64,000 bases of DNA from Planctomycetota bacterium (GTDB lineage: Bacteria; Planctomycetota; UBA1135; UBA2386). Every line of letters begins with the position of its first letter. The stretch's first letter is position 1. Below are positions 9,035 through 18,798 of the stretch, in pieces. The stretch is taken from positions 1,568,001 through 1,632,000 of the forward strand of contig OZ245006.1 of NCBI GenBank assembly GCA_965223545.1, given 5' to 3'. Under the pieces are notes generated by a model. The model saw only the letters and a list, made by a program, of their open reading frames with translations, was not told the origin of the DNA and searched no databases. A program made the position numbers and the translations under genes.

Positions 9035-10645
9035 TCATCTTCCAGTCGACAGACGCAACCCCGCGCTGTGCGCCAAGCCGCCGCTGGCACCGGCATCGAC
9101 GAAGAAGGCCTGGCCGAACAACACCGCGCAGCCGGTGGCCGGGGCGCGCACCGCGAGCCGGGTGCCGGCGGCCGGCACCATGAGCGGCACACTCCACGCC
9201 GGCTGCACCAATGCCGTGGCGCCCCCCGGCAGGGGCACGCTGGCGGCCGCCGTGCCGAGCACCAACGCCGCCGCGGCCGTCGCGGCCTGGCCACTGTCGA
9301 TCTCGAAGTGCGTCAGCGCCCCCCAGGCCGGATCGTCGGACATACCCAGCGTGGGCGTGCCGCCGCCCGCGTGCGCGGAACCGTAGTCACGAAAGCCCGC
9401 CCAGCACAGCGGTCCCGCGACCACGTAGGCGGCGTTCTCGCTCATCGCGCCGACGACGAAATCCAGCCCGCCGTCGCCGTCGAGATCGCCGATCAGATCC
9501 ACGTCCGCACCGAACGAGGCCCTGTTCTGCGTCGACGACACGGTCCACAGACGGCGGCCGTCGCGACCCGAGTACAGTCGCATCTGGCCGGCGTTGGTTG
9601 CACCAGCCGCAGAACGACGCGCGCCGACGAGCACATCGTCGAAGCCATCGCCGTTCACGTCGGGGATGATGCCGCGGCTGCTGAAGCCGACGCCTGGATC
9701 GGCGAACGTGTGCAGCGTCGCACCGGTGCGGCCGGAGAACACGCGCGCTCGGTCCTGGTCGCCTTCGCCGAGAAACAGATCGTCGGTGCCGTCGGCGTCG
9801 ACGTCACCACCGGACGCCAGGTTGTCGCCATCGAGCGGAAGCCCGAGGTCGACGTTGTCGATCTGCAGCCGGACCGCGGTCGTCGTGCCATCGAACCCGA
9901 TGACGTACAGCCGGCCCGCGGTCTGCAGTACACCCGTCCCGAGCCGCGCGGCGATCGCGAGCTCGTCGCGGCCATCGCCGTCGGTGTCGCGCACGAACGC
10001 GAGACCGCTGCCCCAAACCCCTTCCGCGGCGATCGGGTCGATCGTCGTCAGCGGCGCGAACCCGGGCCCCGAGAACACGTAGACCCGCCGCCGCACGCTG
10101 GCGGCAACGGCGACGTCATCGACGCCGTCGCCGTCGAAGTCGCCGCGCGTGGCGACGCTGTAGCCGAAGCGATCGAGCGTTGCTGCACCACTCAGGGTTT
10201 GCAGCGTCGCGCCCGTCGCGCCGGAGAACACGTGCACGAAACCGGGACCGCTGTTCCAGAACGGTGCGCTGGCGAACACCTCGTCCACCCCGTCACCATC
10301 CATGTCGGCGCCGCGCTCGAGCGCGAAGCCGAGGATGTGCGACTGCTGCTGGACGTTCGCGTTGCGACTCCACAGCTCGCTGCCATCGGCGCCCGAGCGC
10401 ATCGAGACGCGACCGATGTTCAGCTGGAAGAACGGCGCGCTGACGGCGAAGTCGACAACGCCATCGCCGTCGACGTCCCCCATCGCGCGCACTCGCCAAC
10501 CGAACAGCTCGGACGTGCCGGCCGGGGCGCTGCCGCGCACAATGGTGCGCGCGGCAGGCTCGAGCCACTGCGCAGCCTGCGAGGGTGAGGAAAGCCCCGC
10601 GAGAAGGGCAAAGGAGAACACGGAACAACGGGCGCTGTGCGGCAT
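9035..10645 (-). CDS. Secreted FG-GAP (integrin-alpha-like) propeller protein with the shared C-terminal domain
   Basis: Seven D(V/M/F/T/L)DGDG-type loops with FG..V and V.VFSG motifs. Signal peptide ..SQAA|Q. Ends FGQAFFVDAGASGGLAHSAGLRLSTGR. Confidence 0.9.
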   Translation of the reverse strand: MPHSARCSVFSFALLAGLSSPSQAAQWLEPAARTIVRGSAPAGTSELFGWRVRAMGDVDGDGVVDFAVSAPFFQLNIGRVSMRSGADGSELWSRNANVQQQSHILGFALERGADMDGDGVDEVFASAPFWNSGPGFVHVFSGATGATLQTLSGAATLDRFGYSVATRGDFDGDGVDDVAVAASVRRRVYVFSGPGFAPLTTIDPIAAEGVWGSGLAFVRDTDGDGRDELAIAARLGTGVLQTAGRLYVIGFDGTTTAVRLQIDNVDLGLPLDGDNLASGGDVDADGTDDLFLGEGDQDRARVFSGRTGATLHTFADPGVGFSSRGIIPDVNGDGFDDVLVGARRSAAGATNAGQMRLYSGRDGRRLWTVSSTQNRASFGADVDLIGDLDGDGGLDFVVGAMSENAAYVVAGPLCWAGFRDYGSAHAGGGTPTLGMSDDPAWGALTHFEIDSGQAATAAAALVLGTAAASVPLPGGATALVQPAWSVPLMVPAAGTRLAVRAPATGCAVLFGQAFFVDAGASGGLAHSAGLRLSTGR

Positions 10646-10745
10646 CGGCTCAATCGGTCGGTGGGGTTGCGGGGCGCGTTCGGACCTGCCAACGGGTAGA
10701 CCGCGCGCCTCGTCGCTGCTTCACCGAAACCGAGTGCCGCCGACT

Positions 10746-12098
10746 TCAGCGCACGTCGATCCGCACGCCGTTGGACAGCGAGAAGCCCAGCGTCGCGCTC
10801 GGATCGATCGCCGCCACCTGCGCGTACACCGAAGCGACTCCAACGCCTGCCGGCAATGGAAGCACGACGTGCGCCTGGCCGATCGGGTTGGCCTGGCCCG
10901 GCACGGTGACCGCGCGACTGGCATCGATCAGCAAACGGCAACCACCCGGCAGGGGAATGTCGGCCGCGCTCGGTGCCAAGGCGAAGACGACGGCACCGCC
11001 GCCCGGCCCTCCCGTGGTCAGCAGGCTGACCCGGTCGCCGCCGGTCGGCCGGCCGATCGCCATCGCGCGCGTCCCACAGCCGGTGCCGTATGGCTGCACG
11101 GCGGTGGGCTCGAGCAGCAGCGCGCGGTTGTCGGGGCCGATGCTGCCGTGCGCGGCGATGCGGCCGCGGTCATCGATGCCGGACACGGTCTCTACCTTTG
11201 CCAGCTGGGCGGGGTCGACCCAGTCGTCCAACCGCTGCAAGCCCAGCCCCGGCACCCAGACGTGCCCGATCCGATCGAAGCGGGGAGGGGAGACGCTGGT
11301 CCGCAGCCACTGCGTGCCGACAACCACGCCGAAGTCGTTGAGCCCACCGACCGTGCGCATCTGCACGGTCGCCGGGCGTGGCAGGACTTCCCATCCCAGC
11401 CCATCGGTGTAGCGCGCCAGCTCGAGGGCAGTGGTCACGCCGACCATCTGCCCGAGCTGGTTGATGCGCTCGGCGACGATCGGACCGAGCGGCAACAGTG
11501 GCTGACCCGGCGTGAGGCGATAGGGTGCGGCGTCCACGACCAGGCAGACCTGCCCGGCGTCATTGAGATCCAGCGCGCTGCTGCTGCCCGCCGAAGGGGC
11601 CAGCTCGATCCGCCCCGACGACGCCGTCCACGAGAACGCGCGCTGTGGCCCACCCATCGTCGTGAAGTTCCCCACGACGGTGCCGCCGGCGTTGATCGCC
11701 AACGCCGTGCTGAACGAGTCGCCCGGCTGCGACAGAGAAACCGCATTGCCCAGGGCATCCCACAACACCGCGATCGTCGGCGTCCCCGCGGTGAACCCAC
11801 GACAGTACCCGGCGGCGAGCCCGACATCGTTGACGTCCGCCGGGCTACCTTGCGAGTAGCCGCTGCAGATCTCCAGCGCGGCCATGCCCGTCGCCGCCGA
11901 CCAGACGAATGGATCCCACACTGCCGAGCCGCAGACGAACTCGCCGTTCGTGCTCATCGCGTCGGCCGTCACTCCGGCGAGCGCGGACTGTCCGGGCACC
12001 ACCCCGAGATCGACGACGCGGTACGGATACGCTTGCGCCGAAACGGTAAACGACGAGAGTAGAAGGCCGAGGGCAGCCATGGGTCGCTTGAGGATCAT
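10746..12098 (-). CDS. Secreted HAF-repeat-like protein with the shared C-terminal domain
   Basis: Signal peptide ..TVSA|Q, YRVVDLG. Repeats ALAINAGGTVVG..RAFSW, LNDAGQV, INQLGQMVG, LNDFGVVVG. Ends YAQVAAIDPSATLGFSLSNGVRIDVR. GGAG RBS upstream. Confidence 0.85.
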   Translation of the reverse strand: MILKRPMAALGLLLSSFTVSAQAYPYRVVDLGVVPGQSALAGVTADAMSTNGEFVCGSAVWDPFVWSAATGMAALEICSGYSQGSPADVNDVGLAAGYCRGFTAGTPTIAVLWDALGNAVSLSQPGDSFSTALAINAGGTVVGNFTTMGGPQRAFSWTASSGRIELAPSAGSSSALDLNDAGQVCLVVDAAPYRLTPGQPLLPLGPIVAERINQLGQMVGVTTALELARYTDGLGWEVLPRPATVQMRTVGGLNDFGVVVGTQWLRTSVSPPRFDRIGHVWVPGLGLQRLDDWVDPAQLAKVETVSGIDDRGRIAAHGSIGPDNRALLLEPTAVQPYGTGCGTRAMAIGRPTGGDRVSLLTTGGPGGGAVVFALAPSAADIPLPGGCRLLIDASRAVTVPGQANPIGQAHVVLPLPAGVGVASVYAQVAAIDPSATLGFSLSNGVRIDVR

Positions 12099-12206
12099 CG
12101 TGTTCTCCGCCGGCCGGTAGACCGGCGATCGCCTTCTGTTGCAGGCAATTCGACGCATCGCGAGGAATTCGCAAGCCCCCCCGGACGCCCCCCAAGTCTC
12201 CCGCCG

Positions 12207-13328
12207 ATGCACGATTCCACCAAGCGCGCACTCTCCCTGACGACGTCCGGCGCCCTCCTGGGAGTTGCCCTGGGCGCGTTCGCCCAGCGACAGTGGGATC
12301 TCCCTTTTCCACCGCGCGAGTACGTCGCAGTGGCCGGGGAACCCACTGGCACGGCACAACAGTTCTTCGGCCCTCCGTTGCGGCAGCCGGAGCTGTTCGT
12401 TGCCGACGCCATGGCAGGCCACCTGCGCCGGGGCAACATCTCTCGTACGCTGCCGTGGCCCGAGCATCCCGATGGCGAGATCGTGCTGCGCACCAACAAC
12501 CTCGGCTTCCGCGAAGACCAGGACACCAAGCCGAACGCGGAGAATGGCGCCCGGCGCGTGCTCGTCCTCGGTGATTCGCACACCGATGGCTTGGTCAACA
12601 ACCACGAGTCGTTCGCCAATCGCATCGAAGACGCGCTGCGCACCCGGACGAACACGGACTGGGAAGTGATCAACGGTGGTGTGGGCTTGCACGGCCCACA
12701 CAACTACGTCGGCGCACTCGAACGGCATCTTCCGCTGGCGCCCGATGCCGTCATTGTCACTGTCTACACCGGCAACGACTTTCTCGACAGCGCGAGGACG
12801 GCGCACCTGCGCAAGGCGATCTACGTACCGCCGCGAAGCACGGAGTACGAAGACCGGCTGCGCGCGGCGCGCCGCATTTCCAATGCTGCAGTCAGCCAAG
12901 CCCTCAACCAAGCGTTCTTCCTGGCCCAGTTCGACACGCTGATCGAGGTCGTCGAGCGGGTCGCGAGGCGGCAGCTGAGCAAGCTGTTGGATCGTTGCAG
13001 AGACGCCGGCGCGACCCCCTTCGTGCTTCTGTTGCCGACCAAGCTCGATGTCGACTGGCCCCGATCCGGGCGCCCCTCTGAGTGGCCGGAGCTACAACGA
13101 ACACTACTGCTCGCCGAACCTGCACTGACCCTCCACCGCGATCTCGCTGCGCGCCTGATGCTGCATCTGCGCCGGCGCGGGAGCCACTCCCTGGACCTTT
13201 TGCCGGCACTTCAACGGCAACGCACACCGATGTTCTGGGAGGCGGACTACCACCTCAACGTCGACGGTCACAGCGTGGTTGCCGAGGCGTTCGTTCAGCG
13301 GTTCGGCGACACGATGGCCGAACTGTAG
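12207..13328 (+). CDS. SGNH/GDSL hydrolase (AlgX/AlgJ-like polysaccharide acyl-modifying enzyme)
   Basis: RTNNLGFR, LVLGDSHTDG, INGGVG, YTGNDF, DYHLN (DxH). Confidence 0.85.
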   Translation: MHDSTKRALSLTTSGALLGVALGAFAQRQWDLPFPPREYVAVAGEPTGTAQQFFGPPLRQPELFVADAMAGHLRRGNISRTLPWPEHPDGEIVLRTNNLGFREDQDTKPNAENGARRVLVLGDSHTDGLVNNHESFANRIEDALRTRTNTDWEVINGGVGLHGPHNYVGALERHLPLAPDAVIVTVYTGNDFLDSARTAHLRKAIYVPPRSTEYEDRLRAARRISNAAVSQALNQAFFLAQFDTLIEVVERVARRQLSKLLDRCRDAGATPFVLLLPTKLDVDWPRSGRPSEWPELQRTLLLAEPALTLHRDLAARLMLHLRRRGSHSLDLLPALQRQRTPMFWEADYHLNVDGHSVVAEAFVQRFGDTMAEL

Positions 13329-13370
13329 TCCCCCGGTGCGCGACCTCGAGGGCTTGACTACAGTGCCGCC

Positions 13371-15899
13371 TTGAACGCTGCGTACCGCCTCCTGTTCGTC
13401 GCGACCGTCGCGCTCTCCACCGGCTGCGCGTCGTTGCGCTACTCCGCCGACATCGCCGCGGTCGTCGACCGCCTACAGCCTGCGCCGGTGATGCGGCACG
13501 TCGACGCGCTGGACCGCCTCGGCCCGCGCCCGGCGAGTGATGGCGAGGCGACCCGCGCCACGGTCGACTGGTTGGCGGCGCAGCTGCGAGCACTCGGACT
13601 CGAGGTCGTCGAGAACCCGGTCGAGGTGCGGTTCGAGCAAGTGTTCGTCGCCGATGTCCGGCCGTCGACCGATCCCGACGCCGCGCCGCAGGAGCTCGAG
13701 GTCGCATTCGACCTACCGCACGCCGGTCGCAACGCAATCCGGGCGCAGTCCGACCTGCTGCGCGCCAAGGGTTGGCTGGTCGACGGCTACGCGCTGCGCA
13801 GCATCGATCCACCCCGGATCGTGACGGTCCCCAACTTGATCGCCACGATCCGCGGTCGAGTCCGCCCCAACGAAGTCGTCGAGCTGAGCGCGCACTACGA
13901 CACCGTGCCGAACACCGCCGGCGCCGACGACAACAGCAGCGGGGTGGCGGCGTTGCTGGAGATCGCGCGCTTGCTGGCCGCAACACCCACGGCGCGCACC
14001 ATTCGCCTCTGCTTCTTCGGCGCGGAGGAGGTCGGGTTGCGCGGCAGCGCGGCCCACGTCGCCGCGATCACTGCCGGCGACGAGGAGCTGATCGGCCTGA
14101 TCAATCTCGACGCGGTGGGATTCACCGCGCCTGCCAGCGCGGCGCAGCGCACGCCGCCCGGAGTACCGTGGTTCTGGTCGCTACCGGACGAGGGCAACTT
14201 CGTCGCGGTGATCGGCACATCGTCGTCGGGCTGGTTGGGCAACCTGTTCGAGGCGGCGATCGACACCTACGTTCCAGAGCTGCGCTACTACAGCGCCAAT
14301 CGCATCGGCGGCTGGTTCAGAGATGCCGAGCGCAGCGATCACGCCCAGTACTGGCGTGCCGGGCTGCCGGCGATCTTCATCACCGATACCGGCGAGTTCC
14401 GCAGCCCTCACTACCACCGACCGAGCGACGTGCCGGAGACGCTGGACGCGGGCTTTCTCACCGCGGTGGCGCGCGCGACGTTGGCCACGGCCCTACACCT
14501 CGCCCAGCCGATCTGGCCGGAGCGAGGCGCGCCCGTGCGACAGTCCGCCACACCGCTGCCCGCGCTCGACCCCAGCGCGCTGCAGACCGAAGAGGACGAG
14601 TGGTTTGGCATCTACATCGATGGCCAGAAAGCGGGCTGGTCTCACACCCGCAGCGGCCCGGCGCCGGCGCGGGCCGGCGGCGCGCGGTGGCAGCGAACGA
14701 CGAGATCGAGGATGCACCTGTCCGGCGCGGCGGGCGCCTTCGAGATCACAACGTTGCAAGAAGACGTCTACCAGGGCGACGCGCCCTTTCTGTTGCTCGA
14801 GTCGGTGTCGCGCACGGTGCGCGGCGGCGACGGCGAGACGACCCGGATCGTGCGGCGAGGCCAGGACCTCTACATCGAGCAAGACCGGCAACCGAAGGGT
14901 GTGATCGAAAGCGCCGACTACGGTCTCGCCGACGCGCTGCACGAGCGCCGTTGGCTCTCGACCATGCCGCCGATCGGGACGACGCTGGCCACGCGGGTCC
15001 TCGATACCGACGGTGCGCGGCTCGCCTCGGCGACCAGCCGCGTGCTGCGGCGGGGTGCCTCGATGGTGCGAGGCGTGCCCGTGCACTGGGTCGAGATCGA
15101 GCGCACGCGGCCGGGCGACCCGGAACCGGAAACGCAGAGCTGTGATGACCGCGGCCGCACCTGGCACTGGCGCATGGGCGCCTACGAGCTGCGCCGCGAG
15201 CCGCGCGCGATCGCGCAACAACTGGATCGGCCGGTCGACCTCGGCCTGCTGGGCGCGGTCTCGCTGCGGCCCGCAGTGGCCGACATTCGCGAGCGGGACG
15301 CGCTGCGACTGACCGCGATCGGCGAAGGCACGCGGCACTTGCGCGACGGCCCCGGCCAACGCGTCGAGGCGCGCGGGCCCGACCACGTCGTGGTGCTGCT
15401 GGCTCCGCGACGACTGCCCCTACCGGCCGACCCCGCCTCGGTCCGGGCGGCGACCGCGGCGAGGGCCGACCTGCCGGAATCGGTACACCGGCTCGCGGCG
15501 AACACGGTCGGCGACATCGTGGGGGAGAACGCGCGCGTCCGCCGACTGGTCGCCTTCGTCCGCGACCACCTCGAAGACGACGACTGGGTCGCCGACCACC
15601 CGACGTTGGACGCGCTGCTGGCGGCCGGCCGGGGCGACTGCAGCGACCACGCGCGCCTGTTGGTCGCGCTGGCGCAGGCCGCGGGCACCGCCGCACGCCG
15701 GGTCGCCGGCCTCCTGTCCGAGGACGGGGTCACCTTCCATCCACACGAATGGTGCGAAGTCGCCGTCGACGGCACGTGGTGGCCCGTCGATCCGATCTTC
15801 GGCCGCACCGCGCTGCATGCGGGCTACCTGCGTATGGGCGGCGACGCCAGCGTATTGCTCGCGCCACGCATGGAACTGCGGCACGCAGACTCGCCCTGA
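13371..15899 (+). CDS. Lipoprotein: M28 metallopeptidase domain fused to a transglutaminase-like domain
   Basis: Lipobox LSTG|C. M28 motifs SAHYDT, GADDNSSG, AEEVG, LDAVG, SDH, YHRPSD. Transglutaminase-like triad GDCSDHA / HEWCEV / PVDP. TTG start uncertain. Confidence 0.85.
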   Translation: MNAAYRLLFVATVALSTGCASLRYSADIAAVVDRLQPAPVMRHVDALDRLGPRPASDGEATRATVDWLAAQLRALGLEVVENPVEVRFEQVFVADVRPSTDPDAAPQELEVAFDLPHAGRNAIRAQSDLLRAKGWLVDGYALRSIDPPRIVTVPNLIATIRGRVRPNEVVELSAHYDTVPNTAGADDNSSGVAALLEIARLLAATPTARTIRLCFFGAEEVGLRGSAAHVAAITAGDEELIGLINLDAVGFTAPASAAQRTPPGVPWFWSLPDEGNFVAVIGTSSSGWLGNLFEAAIDTYVPELRYYSANRIGGWFRDAERSDHAQYWRAGLPAIFITDTGEFRSPHYHRPSDVPETLDAGFLTAVARATLATALHLAQPIWPERGAPVRQSATPLPALDPSALQTEEDEWFGIYIDGQKAGWSHTRSGPAPARAGGARWQRTTRSRMHLSGAAGAFEITTLQEDVYQGDAPFLLLESVSRTVRGGDGETTRIVRRGQDLYIEQDRQPKGVIESADYGLADALHERRWLSTMPPIGTTLATRVLDTDGARLASATSRVLRRGASMVRGVPVHWVEIERTRPGDPEPETQSCDDRGRTWHWRMGAYELRREPRAIAQQLDRPVDLGLLGAVSLRPAVADIRERDALRLTAIGEGTRHLRDGPGQRVEARGPDHVVVLLAPRRLPLPADPASVRAATAARADLPESVHRLAANTVGDIVGENARVRRLVAFVRDHLEDDDWVADHPTLDALLAAGRGDCSDHARLLVALAQAAGTAARRVAGLLSEDGVTFHPHEWCEVAVDGTWWPVDPIFGRTALHAGYLRMGGDASVLLAPRMELRHADSP

Positions 15900-15933
15900 C
15901 CGCCTTTCCATCCCAGCGGCTACGATTGTCCGC

Positions 15934-16449
15934 GTGCAGTCGATCCCTCCTCTCGGCCAACGCATCCGCATCTTGCTCTGGATCGGATGGAGCATCGCGG
16001 CGGTGCGCCTCGCGTTGGACGCGCTGTGGCCGCACGGGCCGATCACGATGTACTTCGGCAACTACTTCTTGTTGCCACTGGTCATGGCCTGGATCGGCCT
16101 GCGCCGCGACTGGGGTCCGATCGGCTGGCGCGCGGTCGCGCTGAGCATGGTCGTGGTCGCCGCCGCAGTCTGGGGCATCGGCAACGCAATCGCGTACAGC
16201 ACGGGCCAGGTGATGGAGTGGACCCACGGCCGCTTCTCACCGGGCACTGCCGTGGTCGCGGCCGATGGCAGCGTCGAGTACGAAGGTGCGCGCGCCGCAC
16301 CGGTGCAGGACACGCTGCTCGAGAAGCTGGGCCAGGGAGCCCTGCACGGTGTGCTGAGCACGCTGGCGGCCAGTGTTTGGTGCGTCGTCCTCGGCACCGT
16401 CCTGATTTGGCTCCCCGCCCGGGTTACCTCGCGACGGATCGCCCACTAG
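15934..16449 (+). CDS. Hypothetical membrane protein (about 4 TM helices)
   Basis: Four hydrophobic segments. GTG at 15934 chosen because it clears the upstream gene. Confidence 0.7.
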   Translation: MQSIPPLGQRIRILLWIGWSIAAVRLALDALWPHGPITMYFGNYFLLPLVMAWIGLRRDWGPIGWRAVALSMVVVAAAVWGIGNAIAYSTGQVMEWTHGRFSPGTAVVAADGSVEYEGARAAPVQDTLLEKLGQGALHGVLSTLAASVWCVVLGTVLIWLPARVTSRRIAH

Positions 16450-16458
16450 GCAAGGCTC

Positions 16459-18798
16459 ATGCACGAGGGCTCCCGCCCAGCACGCGCCGTCGCCGCTGCG
16501 ACCCTGGCCCTGGCCACCTTCGCCGCCGCGCAAGCGCGACGCGACGACGGCGTGCGCCGCGCGTTGTCGGTGCAGAGCGAGGCGCAGCTCACCCGGCTCC
16601 TCGGCGCGCATCCGTTCGCGGTCTTGGCGGCGCGCGCCCGGCTGCCTCGCGCAGAGGCTGCCGCGCAGTGGCCGCACCAGCGCGGCGACGTCCCCCTCCA
16701 CCTGCACCGCGAGGCGCTGGTCTGTGGGCTTTGGTCTTCGGACCGCGAGGTGGCATTCACCGCCGCGAGCGTGGTTCCCGAGCAGTGCCTCGATCTCGCC
16801 GACATCGACCGCTACCTCGCCATCTGTCGGCCCCGGCTGTTCGAGCCTGACTTGCGCTTCTCGTGGGACACGTTCAGTCACTGTCTCGACCCGGCAGGCG
16901 TCACCGCCGTGCTGCGCGGCATGGCGCGCGCACCCCGGGAATGCGACGCGCGCCACATGCTCGGCGATCTGCACCGCCTGCTGCGGATGGCGCACGCCGA
17001 GCCGCTCGCCGCCCTCTGCCACCACCCCGACTCGCTGCTGCGCGTCGAAGCCCGTGCTCACCTCGCCTACCTGACACACTTCGCGCCCGGCCCGCGGTCG
17101 CTGGTCGCCAGCGTCCTGCTCGAGTGGTCCGGCGGCGACGACGTCCGGCTGCGCGCCACGCCGGATGCCGAGTACACCCCACGACGGTACCAGCTGCCGG
17201 CGGAGCGGCCGGGTTGGCCAGCGGCGCTGCGCGCCTGCCTGCACCGGCTCTATCTGGAGCTGCCGGCGCCACCGGGCGACCCGACCGCGCGCTGGCCGCA
17301 GTTCGCCCCCTTTCTGCTGCGCTGGGCCGCGGACGAGGTCCCGACCGATGCAGACATCCCCCTGCTGGTCAGCCTGCTGGGCAGCGATCGAAGCGGCGCG
17401 CACGCGATCGCGCTGCGGGCAGCGCGATCGCTAAGTAGCAACCCTCGCCTCGACACTGCGCTGCGCCGCTTCATCGAAACACGCGCTCCGGATGAAAGCG
17501 GGCACTACTGGCTTGCGCACGCCGCCGCGGGGGGCGCCGCGCGGGGACAGCTGATCGCACACGCAGCGCGCGACGCGACGGCGCTGGCGGTCGCCCTCGA
17601 GATCGCACCCAACGAGGCCGCGGCGGCATGGGCGGCGACACTCACCTCGCCCGCACACGCCACCGCCGGCATCGATCGACTGATCGATGCCCACGACCTC
17701 TGCGGCTGGGCACCGGTGCACTGGTCGCCGAACGCGCCGGCCGCCATCGGCGACGTGCTCGATCGACACGCACCGACCCTGCCCTACCCCGCGCTGCACC
17801 GGCTGCTGGGCACCCTGCCGCGCTACCGCACGGCTGCAACGGTGAATGCCTACGCACAGGCCACCGATGGACCGCGCTCGGTCGACTGCCACGCCGCGCT
17901 GCTCGAAGTGCACGATCGCGCCGACCTCCGCGCCCGCCTTGCCGCCTGGCGAACGCACGCCGACTCCGCGGTCACCGACCACGCCCACCTGCGTCTGCTG
18001 CAGCTCGGTGCAACCGCACACGGTCCCGACCTGGTGCGGTGGACGGACGGACGGCCGGCGCATTGGATCACCTTGGCGCGGGCCGGCGGCAGCAAGGCGG
18101 TGCGCGACGCGCTGTCGCACCGCTTGCGCACGCACCCACCCCCCGGCGGCGAGTTCGACGAGACCGCCCTCATCCCCTTGGCGGCGGCCGCGGCGTTGAC
18201 TGTGCCCGAACGCGCGGCGCGGAACTGGCTGGCATCGCTGCGGCGACGACCGGACCTGGTCGCCGCACATTACGACACTTGGCGGGACGCAGTCCTCGCG
18301 GGAAACGCTGCGTCGGCCTTGCGCCACTTCGCCCAGGCGCAGCCGATGGAGACTCTGGAGCCCCGCGGTCTCGGCCTGGTCGACGATGCCGCGCTGCGTG
18401 CGCACCTGCACACGGTGCGCGCCACGCCAGGCGCCGCCGTCCAGGCGGTGATCGGTGAGCTCGCGCTGGCGGGAGAAGCATCGGCCCTCCACGAGCTCGC
18501 GCGCGTGCGCGCCAGGAAGCTGTACGGCTGGATCGACGACTCCCGCCCCGCCATCCTCACTCTGGGCAACCGCCTCGATCTCACCACCGAGTGGATCGAC
18601 GAGCTCGGCACCATCTGCTGCCGGCGCAACGCGGCAGCGTCGGCACTGGAAGCGCTGACCGGCTTCGACGCCCACGACGCCGCCGAGCACGGCCTCGTCG
18701 GCCAGCGCGACCACGCCCGCGCCTGGTTCGACGCGGTGCGCGACCGGCTGCGGTTCAGCCGCATCGCGCAGCGCTTCGTGGTCGCTCCGGCACGCTGA
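16459..18798 (+). CDS. Hypothetical secreted Ala/Leu-rich helical protein
   Basis: 779-aa ORF filling the gap before aroF. Signal-like TLALATFAAA|Q. No recognisable motif. Confidence 0.7.
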   Translation: MHEGSRPARAVAAATLALATFAAAQARRDDGVRRALSVQSEAQLTRLLGAHPFAVLAARARLPRAEAAAQWPHQRGDVPLHLHREALVCGLWSSDREVAFTAASVVPEQCLDLADIDRYLAICRPRLFEPDLRFSWDTFSHCLDPAGVTAVLRGMARAPRECDARHMLGDLHRLLRMAHAEPLAALCHHPDSLLRVEARAHLAYLTHFAPGPRSLVASVLLEWSGGDDVRLRATPDAEYTPRRYQLPAERPGWPAALRACLHRLYLELPAPPGDPTARWPQFAPFLLRWAADEVPTDADIPLLVSLLGSDRSGAHAIALRAARSLSSNPRLDTALRRFIETRAPDESGHYWLAHAAAGGAARGQLIAHAARDATALAVALEIAPNEAAAAWAATLTSPAHATAGIDRLIDAHDLCGWAPVHWSPNAPAAIGDVLDRHAPTLPYPALHRLLGTLPRYRTAATVNAYAQATDGPRSVDCHAALLEVHDRADLRARLAAWRTHADSAVTDHAHLRLLQLGATAHGPDLVRWTDGRPAHWITLARAGGSKAVRDALSHRLRTHPPPGGEFDETALIPLAAAAALTVPERAARNWLASLRRRPDLVAAHYDTWRDAVLAGNAASALRHFAQAQPMETLEPRGLGLVDDAALRAHLHTVRATPGAAVQAVIGELALAGEASALHELARVRARKLYGWIDDSRPAILTLGNRLDLTTEWIDELGTICCRRNAAASALEALTGFDAHDAAEHGLVGQRDHARAWFDAVRDRLRFSRIAQRFVVAPAR

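Noticed and set aside
18755..18798. 44-nt convergent overlap between aroF and the 779-aa gene as antisense regulation
   Set aside because: Short 3' overlaps are common where stop codons are rare; nothing else supports a function.
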